Below are positions 30,455 to 44,700 of a DNA stretch of 64,000 nt, piece by piece. Every line of letters begins with the position of its first letter. Within the stretch, counting starts at the first letter, position 1. The stretch covers positions 26,862,628 to 26,926,627 of the forward strand of contig OZ037767.1 in NCBI GenBank assembly GCA_964035545.1. Direction: 5' to 3'. The notes beneath the pieces are model-generated. The model had not been told where the DNA came from and did no database searches. It worked only from the letters and a program-made list of their open reading frames with translations. Both the position numbers and the translations under genes were made by a program. This DNA comes from Bugula neritina. Taxonomy: Eukaryota; Animalia; Bryozoa.

Positions 30455-32827
30455 TCACTCAGGATCTTCAGCCAGAAGATGGTTGTCTTCTGCTAGCGTA
30501 TGGTTCTGTTGGGTATTCAAAGTTTCCTTATTGTTAGTTTTTGCTACGGGTTTTTCTGTAGATTGTTTGAGTAAAAACTTGGACATATTTTCTAGTGTGA
30601 TGGGTATTGGAATGGGTATAGGTAAGAGAATAGGTATTGGGATGATAGCCGGCATGCTTTGCTCTCTTCTGATTGGTGGGAATGTCTGTTTGCCAGCCTA
30701 TAACAACAAGTTATTTCAGTATTATATATTAAGCTGTTGTAATGAGTACTATCTGTTAGATAGACCAGACTTATGTACGGCATGCAAATATCACCATTTT
30801 TAACAATTTTTGATCATCAAGGCTCATACCTTTTCCATCCCACACATTTCTGGATTTGTAGCTTTGTTAGGCCTAAAGTTGTCTTCACTTGAAGGTTGTG
30901 TCCTTTGCAGTGTGAGGTTTATAGGTGATGGCTGGTTATTTCCTGTAAAGATGAGTAAATTTTTGGCTAATTATAGCAGCAAGCAGTGGGATTGTACAAT
31001 GATATATAACATAGAGAATAGTTGGCTGCTGTACTTGTAATGTGTGTTTAGGCCAACCTTGCTGGGAGTTAGATGGTGGTTTCAATAGCTCATCTGGTGT
31101 TCTCAGAGTATAGCGGTGACTTCTTCTGGAAATCTTGCTAATGACGTTCTCCATGCTGTCTCCTTTCCTTTTCCTGTCACTTCCTGTGGTATTACCACTC
31201 GAATCTTTCGTTTCTCCCTTTCCTTGTTTGGCGGGATCATCAATGAAAATCAATGCAGACTCACCTGATAAAACGAAGGGGGGTTTTTACATTTAAGCAT
31301 TTTATCATGATTTATATTTCGAAAAATAGTTACAGTTTTCTTACATGACACAACACACCAAAAATTTTTAAAAGCTAAAAAGTAATTGGATTTTTAAATG
31401 TTGAATTAATACTTGTTTTTTGATCTGCCTATCTAAATCCTAACTTTTAGATTTTGTCTATAATTATTAAATAATTTGCTGAATTACCTAATAATGTATA
31501 CCTTTTATTTTTAAAATATGTTTGACACAGTTTAAAAGCGTCCACCTGTAAGCACAAAAAGTGCAAATACTTCCACATTGCCAGTTGTTGTTATATTATT
31601 TCAAAACCCAGCTATGTTTCAAAATAGTGCTCACAATAAACTTCTCCTAATAGTGAAAATGACTTAAATAACTTGGTGGTATTAAGTAGTTTATACCAAC
31701 TACAACTACATAATTGCTATGACTCCAATCATTAACCAACCTTCATTCCAGAGCTCAGGGGTGATCAGGATTTTTCTGTCTGGGTGAGATTGTTTCGTAG
31801 ACTTCATTGGTAGCTGTACATTCTCTTCTTTTATTCGGCGAAGTTGCTCTTTCACCTCCACACAAAACAGCTCCATTTTATATTTATTCATGCATGTTTG
31901 AGTACAGAACTGGAGGGGAACTGATTCTGGAGAGGGTTCCACAGCTATGAGACTGGTCTTGCTGGGGAAATGGCTCTTGCACCATTCGCATACCTAAGAA
32001 AAATCATAAGATTTTTTTTACAGTAGGGTTTTGTCTCGAAAGCTTTATTATCATTTTAGTTCTGATTTGTTAATGAACTATAATTCCCTGAAAATGTGAT
32101 TTACTAGTAACATAAGCAATACATGAACTATAATTCCCTGAGAATTGTGATTTACTAGTAACACAAGCCCAAGTAGTTCCACATGCTATAAAGTACAAAT
32201 GTTCATTAATCTATTAAATGGGTGTAAATTGAAACTTTAGTTATAAAGGTATATTGTCAAACCTTCGGAATATTATCTACAGGTGAAGCTACCATTTTAT
32301 ATTCTGCTTATTTTGTACTCTTGACATTGAGGTGAAAAGTTGAAAATTTACCTTTGTACGAAGAATATCTGCTTTATATGAGTCCTGGCAGTCTTCACTA
32401 CAGAATGTTTTGATATCTCTATCTTGAGTTGCTAGATTATAGTCTGAGGCAGAATACAGTCTGCTACACCAACTACACCGACCTCCACCCCCTAATATAA
32501 AACGTAGAATTAGCTTAGTCTATGAGCAACAATGACTGAAGTTATTTTGTAATCATCGCTCTCTTTTCATCTGCATATAAATTGAAGCATAAATTTCGTT
32601 TTAAAATAATAAATGTTTAGTTTTACCTCATAATATTAAAAACAATTTTATGTCATATAAAAATTATTACCTGCAGCTGATGTCCGTAAATTCATCAGAC
32701 TATAATTGAACGAAGATTTCATATCTTCTTCTTCATAATCTGAGACATTTGACAAGTCATCCTCGTCATCTTCAACTGTAACATGAACACATTTATTACT
32801 CACGTATCCATTTCTGAGCTGCACCAT
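30455..32827 (-). CDS. SOBP: Sine oculis-binding protein homolog (two FCS zinc fingers, proline-rich box), ~370 aa; 5' end uncertain
   Basis: Exons 32671-(32775 or 32827), 32352-32491, 31741-31993, 31058-31264, 30830-30942, 30455-30697. Motifs: CSWC…KTFCSEDC, VCEWC…LQFCTQTCMNKYKMELF, LITPELW, PIPILLPIPIPIPI; these match SOBP CAWC…FCSEKC, VCDWC…LQFCSAKCLNQYKMDIF, LLTPDSW and PIPIPIP. Confidence 0.85.
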
Positions 32828-35800
32828 CTTCGCATCTACTCCTCACTCTATGCTTTACACTTGCAGACTGTTATGATAAAAATACACTTGTTAACACTTC
32901 CAGTGGCTGTCAGCATATGGGCGCATTTACAAGCACCTTGCCTTTCAGTCATTATTGACATATGATCCATGTAGCACTGCTAGAAAGCTCTTTGTCTTAT
33001 AGACATGTATCTAAATATGAAACACATTTGTATTGATCACATTTCTTAAAGAGCCGACAATCTCTATTATTATTCATCATTGTTTCTCACTATTATTTAG
33101 GCTTCATTTATGGCACAGTTCGGTGCAATAAATTATATCAGCCATTCCATTTACTGATATAGAGAAAGTGTAATATTACCCAGTGCAATTCTGTTAAATG
33201 CACTTAACTTTTTCGCACCTGGGTTCGCGATTATATTCATTCTTTATCTTGGGTTTTAATAAATTCAAATAAAAATATGCAATATAACACCTTCTTAAAA
33301 CTAACAACAGATGGTGGGTTGAATTACACTTTAGAGTCATTGCAAATGCATGCAGTATATATGTGTACACAGTGTATAAAATGTATGTTCATTCTTCCAA
33401 GCAAACTGATATGTTGTCCATAAAAAATTTAATTGCTTTGGTCGGAAGCTAATTCAATGTGATTCACCATACAGAGAATATTATGTTACAAGTGGTTGCT
33501 GATAACTATATTACTTAAACACTATATCCTTTTACATCTACATCTATTTATACATTTTCAGTATCCTTACAATCTTCACCTACCTATTAAAATCTATTTG
33601 CTATATTTACCTGTATACAATATTTCCCTATACATACAGTTTTTGTCTACCTACTATATCTATCTACATCATGTTGCATGCAACGTCTACCCACATACTC
33701 AACTAACTTATATGATGTGTATATTGTAATCAATCCTGTCTACATGTCCATAAAAAATATCTGTTATCTATGATATACCCTTAAAATATTTTCCTTATAT
33801 GGCCCACTATATAATAGCTTCAATGTATCCACAATGCCCACTCTACCCCCTGCATGTTACCTATAAATTATATATACATACTTATACACAGTAGGACTTA
33901 CGGGAATATAATATTTACTGTACTTCACAGAAAATTATTTTACAATATAATCTGACAAATTGTTATTTTAGAAATTGGCAACAGTAAAATGTTCGTTATT
34001 TAACTTTCATATTTACTGTTACCACTTTTATACTTAACATTTACCAGCTTTGTTGGCAAGTTAGAATAAATGAACCAAATATTTCTCAATAGCGAATATT
34101 GCTTCTATGCTAATAAAGATAATTGCATTAAGTATGGCAAGGTGTAGTTCAGGAAAGAGCAACTCCAAAATATTTGTAGTCAATGACTGCAGTGTATGTT
34201 GAGGGACATTAATGTTTGTTTATTGTACATGCTAAATGCAGCTAATAAAAGTGAATTAACAAATACTATTTTATTCGTATTAGTCACAATTAAATTTTAG
34301 AAATTAAGCTTATTCTAAAACTATACTTAAAGCAGCAGCCCATGAACTTGATTTCTTGACACTCAATTATATGTAGAAATTTTTGTGTAATGATACTATA
34401 AGTACTGATGAGCTTTCATTATAGCCTCAGATCTCTGCATAGGCTGCTAATAGGTCTTGTTCAATATTCACCCCGTAAAAGTTAAAAATATACTTAGATT
34501 TGGTAATTACATTAATAGCACAGAGTTGTCTTCTCATAACACTATGATGGATTTCGCAAAGGTAACATTTGATCAAACATCTGCCTTTTAACAGGGAAAG
34601 CCATCCTGTAAGAAAGTAGCGCATTGGGAAGTCGTATCACTTATTGACATCAAGAGCTAAGACTATAGTTTAGGATCCTAACAGAGCAACAGTAAATAGA
34701 CTAGGAAACACGTAAAACTTGCAGCGAAACCTGGTATGCTACCTCTTTAAAGACTTTCATTCAAACTTTTATTATATAGCAATTACATAATAGTATTGAA
34801 ATTTAATAATAACTCAAAGGTAGTGGAAATATTAAAGTAAAAATTAAAACTAAATTAAATACCAACTACACATTAGTTTCACTTATACTTTAATTCATAC
34901 TGTGATGCATCAATACAGTGACTATACTATGCTATTGTAAACACATCCACACGCATCACATGTATGTTGATACAGAGTGTCATGATCTACTTCAACGTGT
35001 CAGGTAAAGTTCTTGTAATCTGAGAGACAGTATTGAATTTTCAAACCTGATATCATCTATATATTGCGCCTCTTGCAATGTTATATTATGTGCATGCATT
35101 TCATTATAAGCCATTCTACACTCTGTAGTCTAATGGCATGCATCTCAATGTATACAGTGCATTAAATATAGTAATATAGCATACAATTATAATACAAGAC
35201 AATAAGAAATGTAATATATACTGTAATAAAGTGCAATATGGTAAAGTATTTATTTTCAGTTTTATATAATTATATTATGTTGAGTGTATAGCTACGCTAT
35301 ACATTTCATAGTTTTATATAGATTTATAGATGCGTGTGCGCAAGTGTCTCGTATATGTTACACAATAGCCTGTACATACTGGAAACCCGCACAATGTTGC
35401 TACACTACACACAAGTCTATATTTTTGATGCGCATGTTAAACAGTCACGTGATACACTACATGATATACTAATTGTACTGTACGGTATGCATCCTTAATA
35501 TATAAGCATCAGCATTATAACACTATGCTGTTTCGCTTTACATTGTATTTTGTATGTTATGCACACTTAGAATGCGAACTTGCAACACACAGTATATGGC
35601 TTAGCAAATGCATGATAATAAACACTACAATGTAATCAAACTGAGACATACCAAATTTAGGCTGAGGGAAGCGCTGTTTCCGTGTACTAAGATTACAATG
35701 CTGTCTAGCTGCCGCGCCAGGTGCATTGTGATAAGGCTGTCTAGCTGTCGGGCCAGGTGCATTGTGGTGAGCTTTTCCAGTACCACAATTCTTGTTGGTC

Positions 35801-37777
35801 ACATTAACACCACGTAATTCAGAAATCTAAAGTCATGAGAAACTAAATAGTCTCTTACTATCACATTGCACAAAGGTATTGGGAAGAGGTTTTTGCTTGG
35901 TAAACCTACACCTACAGAAAGTTAAGTTATATATTTGCCGTTACAATTTTGGTATCAAAAGATATAAACAGTATGGACAACTTCTATGCTCATCATGTCA
36001 CACAAAAGAAATTATACAAAAATCAACAGAGATTATTTTGAAAAATTGGCATGGTGAAGCTACAAGCTTTTGCCAACAGCTTTTTTTTTATATTTTTATA
36101 AACTCTGAGCTTTTAGAGAAATTAATTATCAAGAAATAAAAATTAGATACAAAATCACACAACCTGTACACCGAGTCATTTCACGTATATACTATTTACT
36201 TGTCCCACAGTGACATTGTTTTTCTGACAGTAAAATGTTTTAAGACAAAAACTTTGTGACTGGAGACAAATTAGAGAAGAGCATACATAAGAACATCAGG
36301 AACAAAGACAGAACATTAACGTTTGATAAAATGGCTCACCATAGATTTAGCTGTCCTAGCCTCATTCTGAGATATACAAGACTGCCTGGTAGAAAGTCTA
36401 GCTGACATAGTTCAGCCTTGTGATGCTGTATGCAGGGATTCTATACAAGAGAGAGAGAGAGTTTTACCTGACTGAAAGTTTATATTCAAATAAGTAAGCT
36501 GGTAATTTCTTCTATATAATAATGTATGAAACAGATTATAAGAAAACTGTTATGAAAATTTATAGACAGAACTGTCTTTCTGTAAAAGTACTAGAAATAG
36601 GGATTTAAAAAACCAGTTTCATGTTAGAATAATAAAGGATGGTCATATAAGCAAGATTTAGTAACCAGAAAAGTTACATGGCAGAAAATGTGATATAAAA
36701 TATCCTTTATTATAGATAATCAATCACAAAACATAGAGACATTTGCTATACAAATACCTGTTTAATTTCTTCTTGTCAATGCCAGAAACCAGCAAGTCCA
36801 AAGCAAAATATATGAAAGAATACAGAGAGATGGTAAAGAGATAAAATAGCAGCTACAGCAGCGTTGGGCGTCAGCAACCAGACTGGATTGTAAGCAGAGA
36901 AGTGTATACAATATAGTCTAGTCAAATGTCTCACTCTGACACTAGTCCAATGTAATCCAAACTAGCAGCTAATATTTGCAGTACCATCGCATTCTCTTCT
37001 CAAATTCACATTAAATCAATCATATTATGAGTTATACGATATGCACATATCTTGTTTCAGTTTGACAAACATACATGATTCTATATCTTACACAGATGTT
37101 TTCTATTCTAAACACGCCTGATCATATTTACTGCTATGAAATTTGAACTACGTTTACTAAGCATTGCTCTGAGGTTATTTGATCCATTAGGCTAATAACT
37201 ATATTTCTTGTTTCCAGCCAATGTTAGCTTAAGTATAGCAAGTATTCATTCCACTCGTTTGAAATGCAAAATTTTAATAAAATATTACTCTTATTTTTAA
37301 TTCGTGATGAATTGAAAAGATTGAGCAGTGCTTAAGTTGTGTGGGTAGGGAAAAATGGCTGCATTTGAACAATGCTCTTATGTTACAGAAATGTGATATT
37401 CACTTCAGCAAGAGTAAAGTATTGGGTAGCTATTTAGCTAAGCCTGTTTGTAGCTCATAGAATTACAAAGACATTCGTGTATCTTTATTGCTACACTCTT
37501 TGCAGACAGGCATTTCTTTGTTAGCTTTTCTGCAGTGTTCTCTTTTGTTTTAAACAGTTTTCGAGATTGCCCTTTGATTGTATTATTGCAACAACTGTAT
37601 AACTATCACGTGGTATTTTATATTGCCAATTTGATGAGCATCATGTTAATACAGAGAAGCATGCAAGTATCATGGTGTAAAACATGAAAGAACTTTTGTA
37701 TATACATTGTGAAATTATATTTTGGTTGTAATTGAAGTATGCATCCATTTATACTGACTCAGCATTCGAATATCCCA

Positions 37778-37855
37778 AAACTTAATACTTACTACCCAAG
37801 GTCTGTTCACACTAAAACTTAATACTTACTACTTAAGGTCTGTTCACACTAAAAC
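37778..37855. repeat. 36-bp direct tandem duplication
   Basis: AAAACTTAATACTTACTACyyAAGGTCTGTTCACACT twice. Similar two-copy duplications occur at ~32073-32163, ~35700-35767 and ~57318-57380. Confidence 0.8.
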
Positions 37856-40800
37856 TGGCTGAAACAAAAACAAAGTCATAATGAAAGAGACACTGGGAAT
37901 ATGTTGCTTGAATAACATGGATGTTTTGTTTCTCGGGTAAAAATGTTAAAAACATGAGACCGTTTTTGCATCACAATTCATTCCCAACAAACTTTGTGAA
38001 GAAATGTTTTTGTTCACAGACATCTACATTATATTTTCTACTCAGCTAATCAGAGTACACTACTGTTTATTAAAAATGTTTCTGAAACAGTTTATCTCCC
38101 TGGAACACTAATTACTATCCTAAATACAGTTAAAAAAAACAATTACTGTCAAAAACAAACATGATTTCAAGACAATTCCTACAATAGTTTTAAAACCCGA
38201 CAGTATTTTGAGTGAGGGATAAGCATGCTGATTTTAAATTATTGATGAAATTATTTCCAACAAGATTTTAAAGCAAATTAGCATATGGTTAATTTTATTT
38301 CTCTCTTCTGAGTGTTTTCTCCAACTGGTGATGGTTATAAATGATTGTGTGTTTCGTGGGAGCTGTCTAAGTGTAAACAGGCCTTTCCTTGTTGATGTCT
38401 AGAGTAAAACAAGTAATAATTTTATATAAAATGTAATCATTATCACTGACCTCTGCAGATATGTTTGTTTTGCAGAGGTTTTGCAAAGGCATCAATGTTC
38501 TTCTCAAAATCAATTAAGGAATCACTGATATGATTTATATTTTTAATACAAAGCCACAATCATAGCTGAAAAACAAACACACAGGGGGCCTATTTACCAC
38601 AATGAGATAACTGAGGATTATTTGATAACAAAGTTTCCACTTATTAAAAAGAAGGCTTTCAAACTTGCCTAAAGTATAAAATTCTATATACCTATTTAAT
38701 GGTTAATTAAAAATTAAAAAACAAACTAACAAACTGTTCTAATTAAACATGTCAACTTATTTTTACTATTCACAGTACATATTTTTGGGCCAGAAATAAA
38801 ATAATTATTTTTTTAATGTTCAAAGTAGTCTATTAGACACCTCAGGCACTGAAGGTGTTTTAAGAAAATAAAGTTTAGGATTAAGGCTTTGATTGATAAG
38901 AAAATATTTTCATCAAATTTAGTTTAGTTCAAACCTCATTATGGCAAAGGGCTACCAACAGCTTGTATATAATTTCTTTTTTACTGTAAAATGCTGTTTT
39001 AAAAATGCTATTTTTTTCTTTTATAATAAGACAAAGGAAGTGTGTTAAAACAGCCAATTTTACAGATTTTTGGCTGTATATGTAAATGTGATGTTTACTG
39101 TTACAACTTTAATTTGAACTTCTGCTGCCCAGCAAATTTTTATAACATCAGCTTAAAGCTTGGTCATTTATTTTATAAGCTGACAAACTGATCTCAGCGC
39201 AAGGTTTGGTGGAGAATTGTACATGATCAGCTCAGAGATGGTACTGTCTGCAGATGATGGTAGCCACCAGCTATTAAGCTGGCCACATAGTGAAGTGCCT
39301 TACTACCTGCAATGTGAGAGATTGTCACCTCGTCCTGCTGGAGAACATGACAAGGTAGTCTAAGAATTTACTTGTTTATTATAACATAAATAGGTATAAT
39401 GTGTGTATTTTTATTTGAAAAACTTGCATGCACTTCTCTGGTCTAATTCAAAGTTGATCAGTTGATCATGCATGCAAGTACACTACATGTGTTATATTTT
39501 TTATTTAGTTTCAGTTTTTAAAATAATCTTGAATGGTCTCCAAAATATAACCTCATATTTTAAGCAGCAAACAAATATCATAGGACATAGGGTGTAAAAG
39601 TTATGCATATTTAATGGCTAAAATACAACAATCTTAAAAGTTTTAAGCGATCAATTCTGCCATACCATATTAAAATCCAAGCTTTCACTACCAGATCACC
39701 ACTCCCTCTCTCTTCTGAAAATATAGATTAACAGCAAGTTACACTGCACAGAGGACCCCTTTAGACTGTGCACTTTTGAACTCCTGTTGATAATGTATAT
39801 GAGAATTTCAACTCTATAGCGATATGCTTTTTATTCATCTTCTACCAACACTATTATAAATATTTAAATAAAAAATCTGATTCATTATATAAACTACTGT
39901 ATATATATTTTTGCAAAATGTAAAGCGGTTAACATATAATTTGCCAAGACTATGATGATAGTTATTATAAAAAAGGCTTTAAAAACGTTAGATTTGTCTT
40001 GCAGTTAAAATTTTGCTGGTCGCAGTGAGGTTTTAAACTTTATATACTAATATTATGAACAATTATTAGCCACTGCAAGCTACAATAGCAGCTGCTTGCA
40101 AAATTGGGATAATATTAAAACATTGGCAAGCATAGAATGCAGTTATTATGATAAAAAGATTTATTGTGATAGGCCATATGTAACAATATAGAACATAGTT
40201 TTGGTGTTACTCTGTGCAGCTAAACTTTCTAACAGCAGCTGAGATTTACATTTTTTTGTAAACCATTAGTCTGCTATTAAAAAAAGCTTTTTATAGGTTG
40301 AAACTGTAAGGTTTAAGCATTTTTGACCACTTTTTAAATTGCAACTTTATGAAATGAAATTCTTGCTGGAGATTAACTTTGAAATGAAATAATAGCCTAA
40401 ATGCTTTCTTTAAAAACTGGGGGGTGGGGGAGGAGAGAAAACTGGCTACCAAAGTTCTCAAACTAGTATTATTTGATGTATGTTATAGTACCAATGTATA
40501 GCTAATAGATTGAATCACATAATTGATAGCAAGCACTGTATAAGTATTTAAATTTCAGAAATATTTTGAAACTTATTATAAATTGACAAAATATTGAGTC
40601 AAAGAGGTTTTTTGGAATAATGCTACCAACACTAACCAGATTTGAGTAAAACAGTATTAACTATTTGAGAAATTTTTGCTTAAACTTCTATATTTTCGTA
40701 GCTGTTTAGATAAGTTTGCTGTTGTTGTTCATGGTATATATAATTTACTTTTATTGGCACATATAAGCTGACACTTGTGGCAGTTATCCTTCTGTCAGAG

Positions 40801-41727
40801 CATACGTTCTATTGGAATGTAGCAAAGATGCACAGTGGTAGCTGTTGATATTATGTTTAGATAGCAATAGTCTTGGTTTATGATAATGCAATCATAATTT
40901 ATTATCATTAATTTTCAACACACACATTTCTATATTATATTAAAGCAAACATAATTTGATGTTGAACACCAAAGCAAACAATAGTTAATATTAGGATAAG
41001 ATAATTCACAACACTAGTTGTTAATGCCATATGATTACTCAAAACTAATAATTCTAACTAAACCATGTGTAGAAAATGGCAGCTGAATTGGTAATTAATA
41101 AATAAAACTCTACTACGTTAGCCTACAAAGTTAAACAAAATGCAATCTACTGTATCCAAACATGATATATAAGTGATATAGATCATCTAAATTGACATTT
41201 GCTGGGTAAAAGCCAAACTTCACAGAAACAAAAATACTATATGAGATACTAAAAAGCTGATAAGGATCTTCGGACGGCAGTTGATGTATATAAGTAAATA
41301 TAACACACCTTCTACATACAGTCAACAACAGCTGTGCTACACTAAGCTTATATAAGTAATATAGTAGAATATAGAATATACATGCAATAAAAACTAAATA
41401 TTGGACGGATAGAGTAAACAGAATAGAATAACGTTACAAGAATATAGAAATATAATATGAAGAATAAACTCTGCGATGCAACCAATAGAATTTCTCGATA
41501 CAAAGTCACACATGAGCGGAAGGGCAAAAACTTTACCGACGACATATTATAGAAAGTGCTACAGTTAGTAAGAATGTAGAAAAGAAACTATGCCAAACTA
41601 ATGTGCCAACTTCACAGTCAAAGATGTAGTATAGTAATGTGGTCCATGTAGAAATTTAGCTTGTTATTTTGAAGAGAAGAATTCTAGAACATAGAATCTA
41701 AACCATAAGTTTTTAGATAGAAAATAG

Positions 41728-44700
41728 TTAGTTTCTTTTGCCTGAGAGGCGAAGTGGAGAAGGAGAAGAGCTTAGTCTAAGTGGGGAAGTGCTCCTAGTT
41801 GGTTTTCTTGTTGGTGTTAGTCGGGTGGGTGGGGAAAGAGGACCTGTAAAATAATCAGACTGATTAGATTGCTGGCAATATTGGAATTTAACTTAAGAAA
41901 TTAATTCTTTTTTCTATTAGCTACAAATGTCAACGGTTTAGTGATGAAGAAACATCGTAAAGTAATTATCAAAATAGCATTGACAAATTAAACAATAAAT
42001 ATAATCAAACTTTAGTTTAGAGTTACCTCCGAGTGACTCATTCAATCTTCTCACTTCCTGTTCCAGTAGCAGACTATCTACTCGAGGATCAATGCTTGAG
42101 AGAGACGTCTGCAGTCTGTAGTCTCCATCGTCGGCAGTAGCAGAACGGCTAGAATAGAGAAGCAGTGACTAGAGTGCTGGTCTAGTAAACACGAGGTAAG
42201 TGGTCCGAGTCAAAACTTGGTGATATTAAGAAAGATTATCCAGTCATATATTGCTCTTGTGTGATATAAGAAAAAAAGTCCTTTTAAAAAAAATCAGGGG
42301 TTCTCACAGGAAAGCGACTACAAACTCAAGTGAGATTTTATTTACAGTAGGTAGAGTATCTTGTCTTTAGTCTACCAGGAACACGTAGCAGTATGCATGT
42401 AGAGTCTGGCTAATCACAATGCCTTTTTACATTAAACTCCTTACTGTTTGCTCCACAAGTATCTCACAGACAACTTACCTGATACATTGCTGTCTCTTTT
42501 TCATCTCCTGGCCAAGCTGGTCCTTTAGTGTAGACACCTGCTCTTCAAGTCCCTTAACTCTCTGCCTGTGGGCTCGTTCACGAGACTCCAAACTTCTCTC
42601 TGCTTGAGCCTGAGCTCCTCTCAGTCTCTCAGTCTCCATATCAGTCTCAGCTCGGTGGCGAGTTGTTAGGTCAATCAGTCTAAATCACCACTCAGCAGTA
42701 TTACTTGCATAATTTCAACTTTATTTCAAGGTAGCATGAAATGTGAATTAACATTGATAATAGATACCTATAGGCATTCAGCATGCTTAAATACTAAAAA
42801 GTACACTCATAGGTGATCTATCTATTTTTTAGCCTTTTTATTCTCAATATTAGATACATCAACTCTGATTCATCACATCACTGTGTTAGATGCAGATGTA
42901 TTTACTTCTCCCACATTGGGCTAATTAGTCACTAGTGTACCTGTGATAAAAACTAATATGTGTTGTGTATTCATGAGCACTTTGGTTCTTTACTTCTCAT
43001 GCAATACATATTTGTTTATGCGCTTTTGTTATGTCTTTTCGTTTTTCCTAGTGTAGTTCTCATGTGCAATTTTTCTCTAACTTATCTTCGCTTACAAAGT
43101 TTTGCCTAATGCTATGAGACACACTCCCAGCCAGTAACCTAGAATTACTCTCAGTACAAGTGTTTACCTCTGAGCATGCTGACTCTCCAGCTCTGACAGC
43201 TGAGCCTGAAGACACTGCACTTGTCTCTGCAAGTCAATGTTCTCCTCCTCCAGGCGAGAAAGACTTGAGCTCAAGTTGGTTTTCTCGCTTTCAGATCGGC
43301 ACATCCTCTCCTCATGCATTAACTTTTCTCTTTCCACCTGGAAATACCGTAATCTTCATGCAAAACTAGTAATCATAACTTTTTTAACTCATATATTGCA
43401 ATACTACGTGTAAATATCAAACTAAATATAAAGACTATTATGGGTATTAGCAACCAAATACATAATAATGTTTCAACTCTGAAGAAGGATAAAGTGGTAT
43501 TCAAATTATAAGTTCACTTTATTTATTTGTGTAAATAAAGTATTAAATAAGAAACGTTTGTCATTCATTTGGTTTAAATGATAACTTTGAATTTAGAAGA
43601 TTTCCTGAGAATGTCAACTACTGAAAAACAAACCTTATCCAGAGTTTTCTTCAAAGCCGTTTTGTCTTTCTCCAGTGTTCGAGCAGTTCTAGAAACTTCT
43701 TTCTGCTCAGTCTCCATGTTGGCCAGTTGTCTCTGAAGAGCTGCCACTCTGTCTGACAGAGCAGTCCTGTCTCCCTGCAGCTTCTGGAGCTTCTGGTTCA
43801 GCTCCTGCTCAGCCTCTTGTCTTTGTACCAAGAACTAAATAGGGGCAAATCACTATTATAATACCTAACCAGGTGAAAGATGCTATCTAACTTAGCTCAT
43901 AATATCTATCACCTTTTAGCAATCATCTGCTGAAGTTAACAAGGCTCTGTATAAAATGCTATCAAACTATAATATTTCTCCCATATAGAATATAGTTATA
44001 TATTCCACACTTTCACATATAATGTCACTGACTATACATACTACCATCAACTAGATGGTAGAACACATAGAATATTTTCATATATGACATTCTTGCAATT
44101 AAGTGTATAGCTAATACTTACATATAAATGCTACAATATTATATATGCTTTTAATACATAACATATACATCACACTACAGTAATATATATACTATAGTAC
44201 ATAGCTTATATATAAGTGAGACAGTATTATATATGCCTAGTATATAACAGAGTGTATACTATACTGTCACACACAGAGCATATACACTTACAGTGTGTCC
44301 TTGTCTCACTTGACCCTCCAACTCATCTCTCCTCACTTCATTATCCTGCAGCTCACTCTGGAGGGCCTGGACCCTCTCAATCAGGGTATGATTCTGCTTC
44401 TTAGTGTCATTCTGGGCTTGTCTACAATATACCAATGCTAAGTATGGCATCTCCCCAGTACGCATGCTAAGTTTATAAATTCACATCAAAACTCACCTAC
44501 TTGAAACTGAATTTAGCTACATGTTTGATAGTATACACTTTATACTTGTTATTACAATATGCATACTACATGCATATTGTGTGCCATTATATAGTTATAC
44601 CTTTTATGATGGATAATCTTACCGGGTTGTATCCAGTCTTTCTTGAAGCACACGTCTATCGTGCTCAGAACTGGTGAGAGCTCTTTGCAGTTGCTGCAGA

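Noticed and set aside
32776-32803. Possible 28-nt GT-AG mini-intron in SOBP that would join an upstream frame in phase
   Set aside because: Much shorter than any other intron here (most are ~90 nt or longer), and an alternative uninterrupted frame from ATG 32827 explains the region. Needs cDNA.
33000-41000. miRNA or snoRNA genes in the long non-coding interval (e.g. small hairpin at ~38449-38480)
   Set aside because: No match to conserved miRNAs I could recall, and the hairpins are too short; an Infernal/Rfam scan would be needed.
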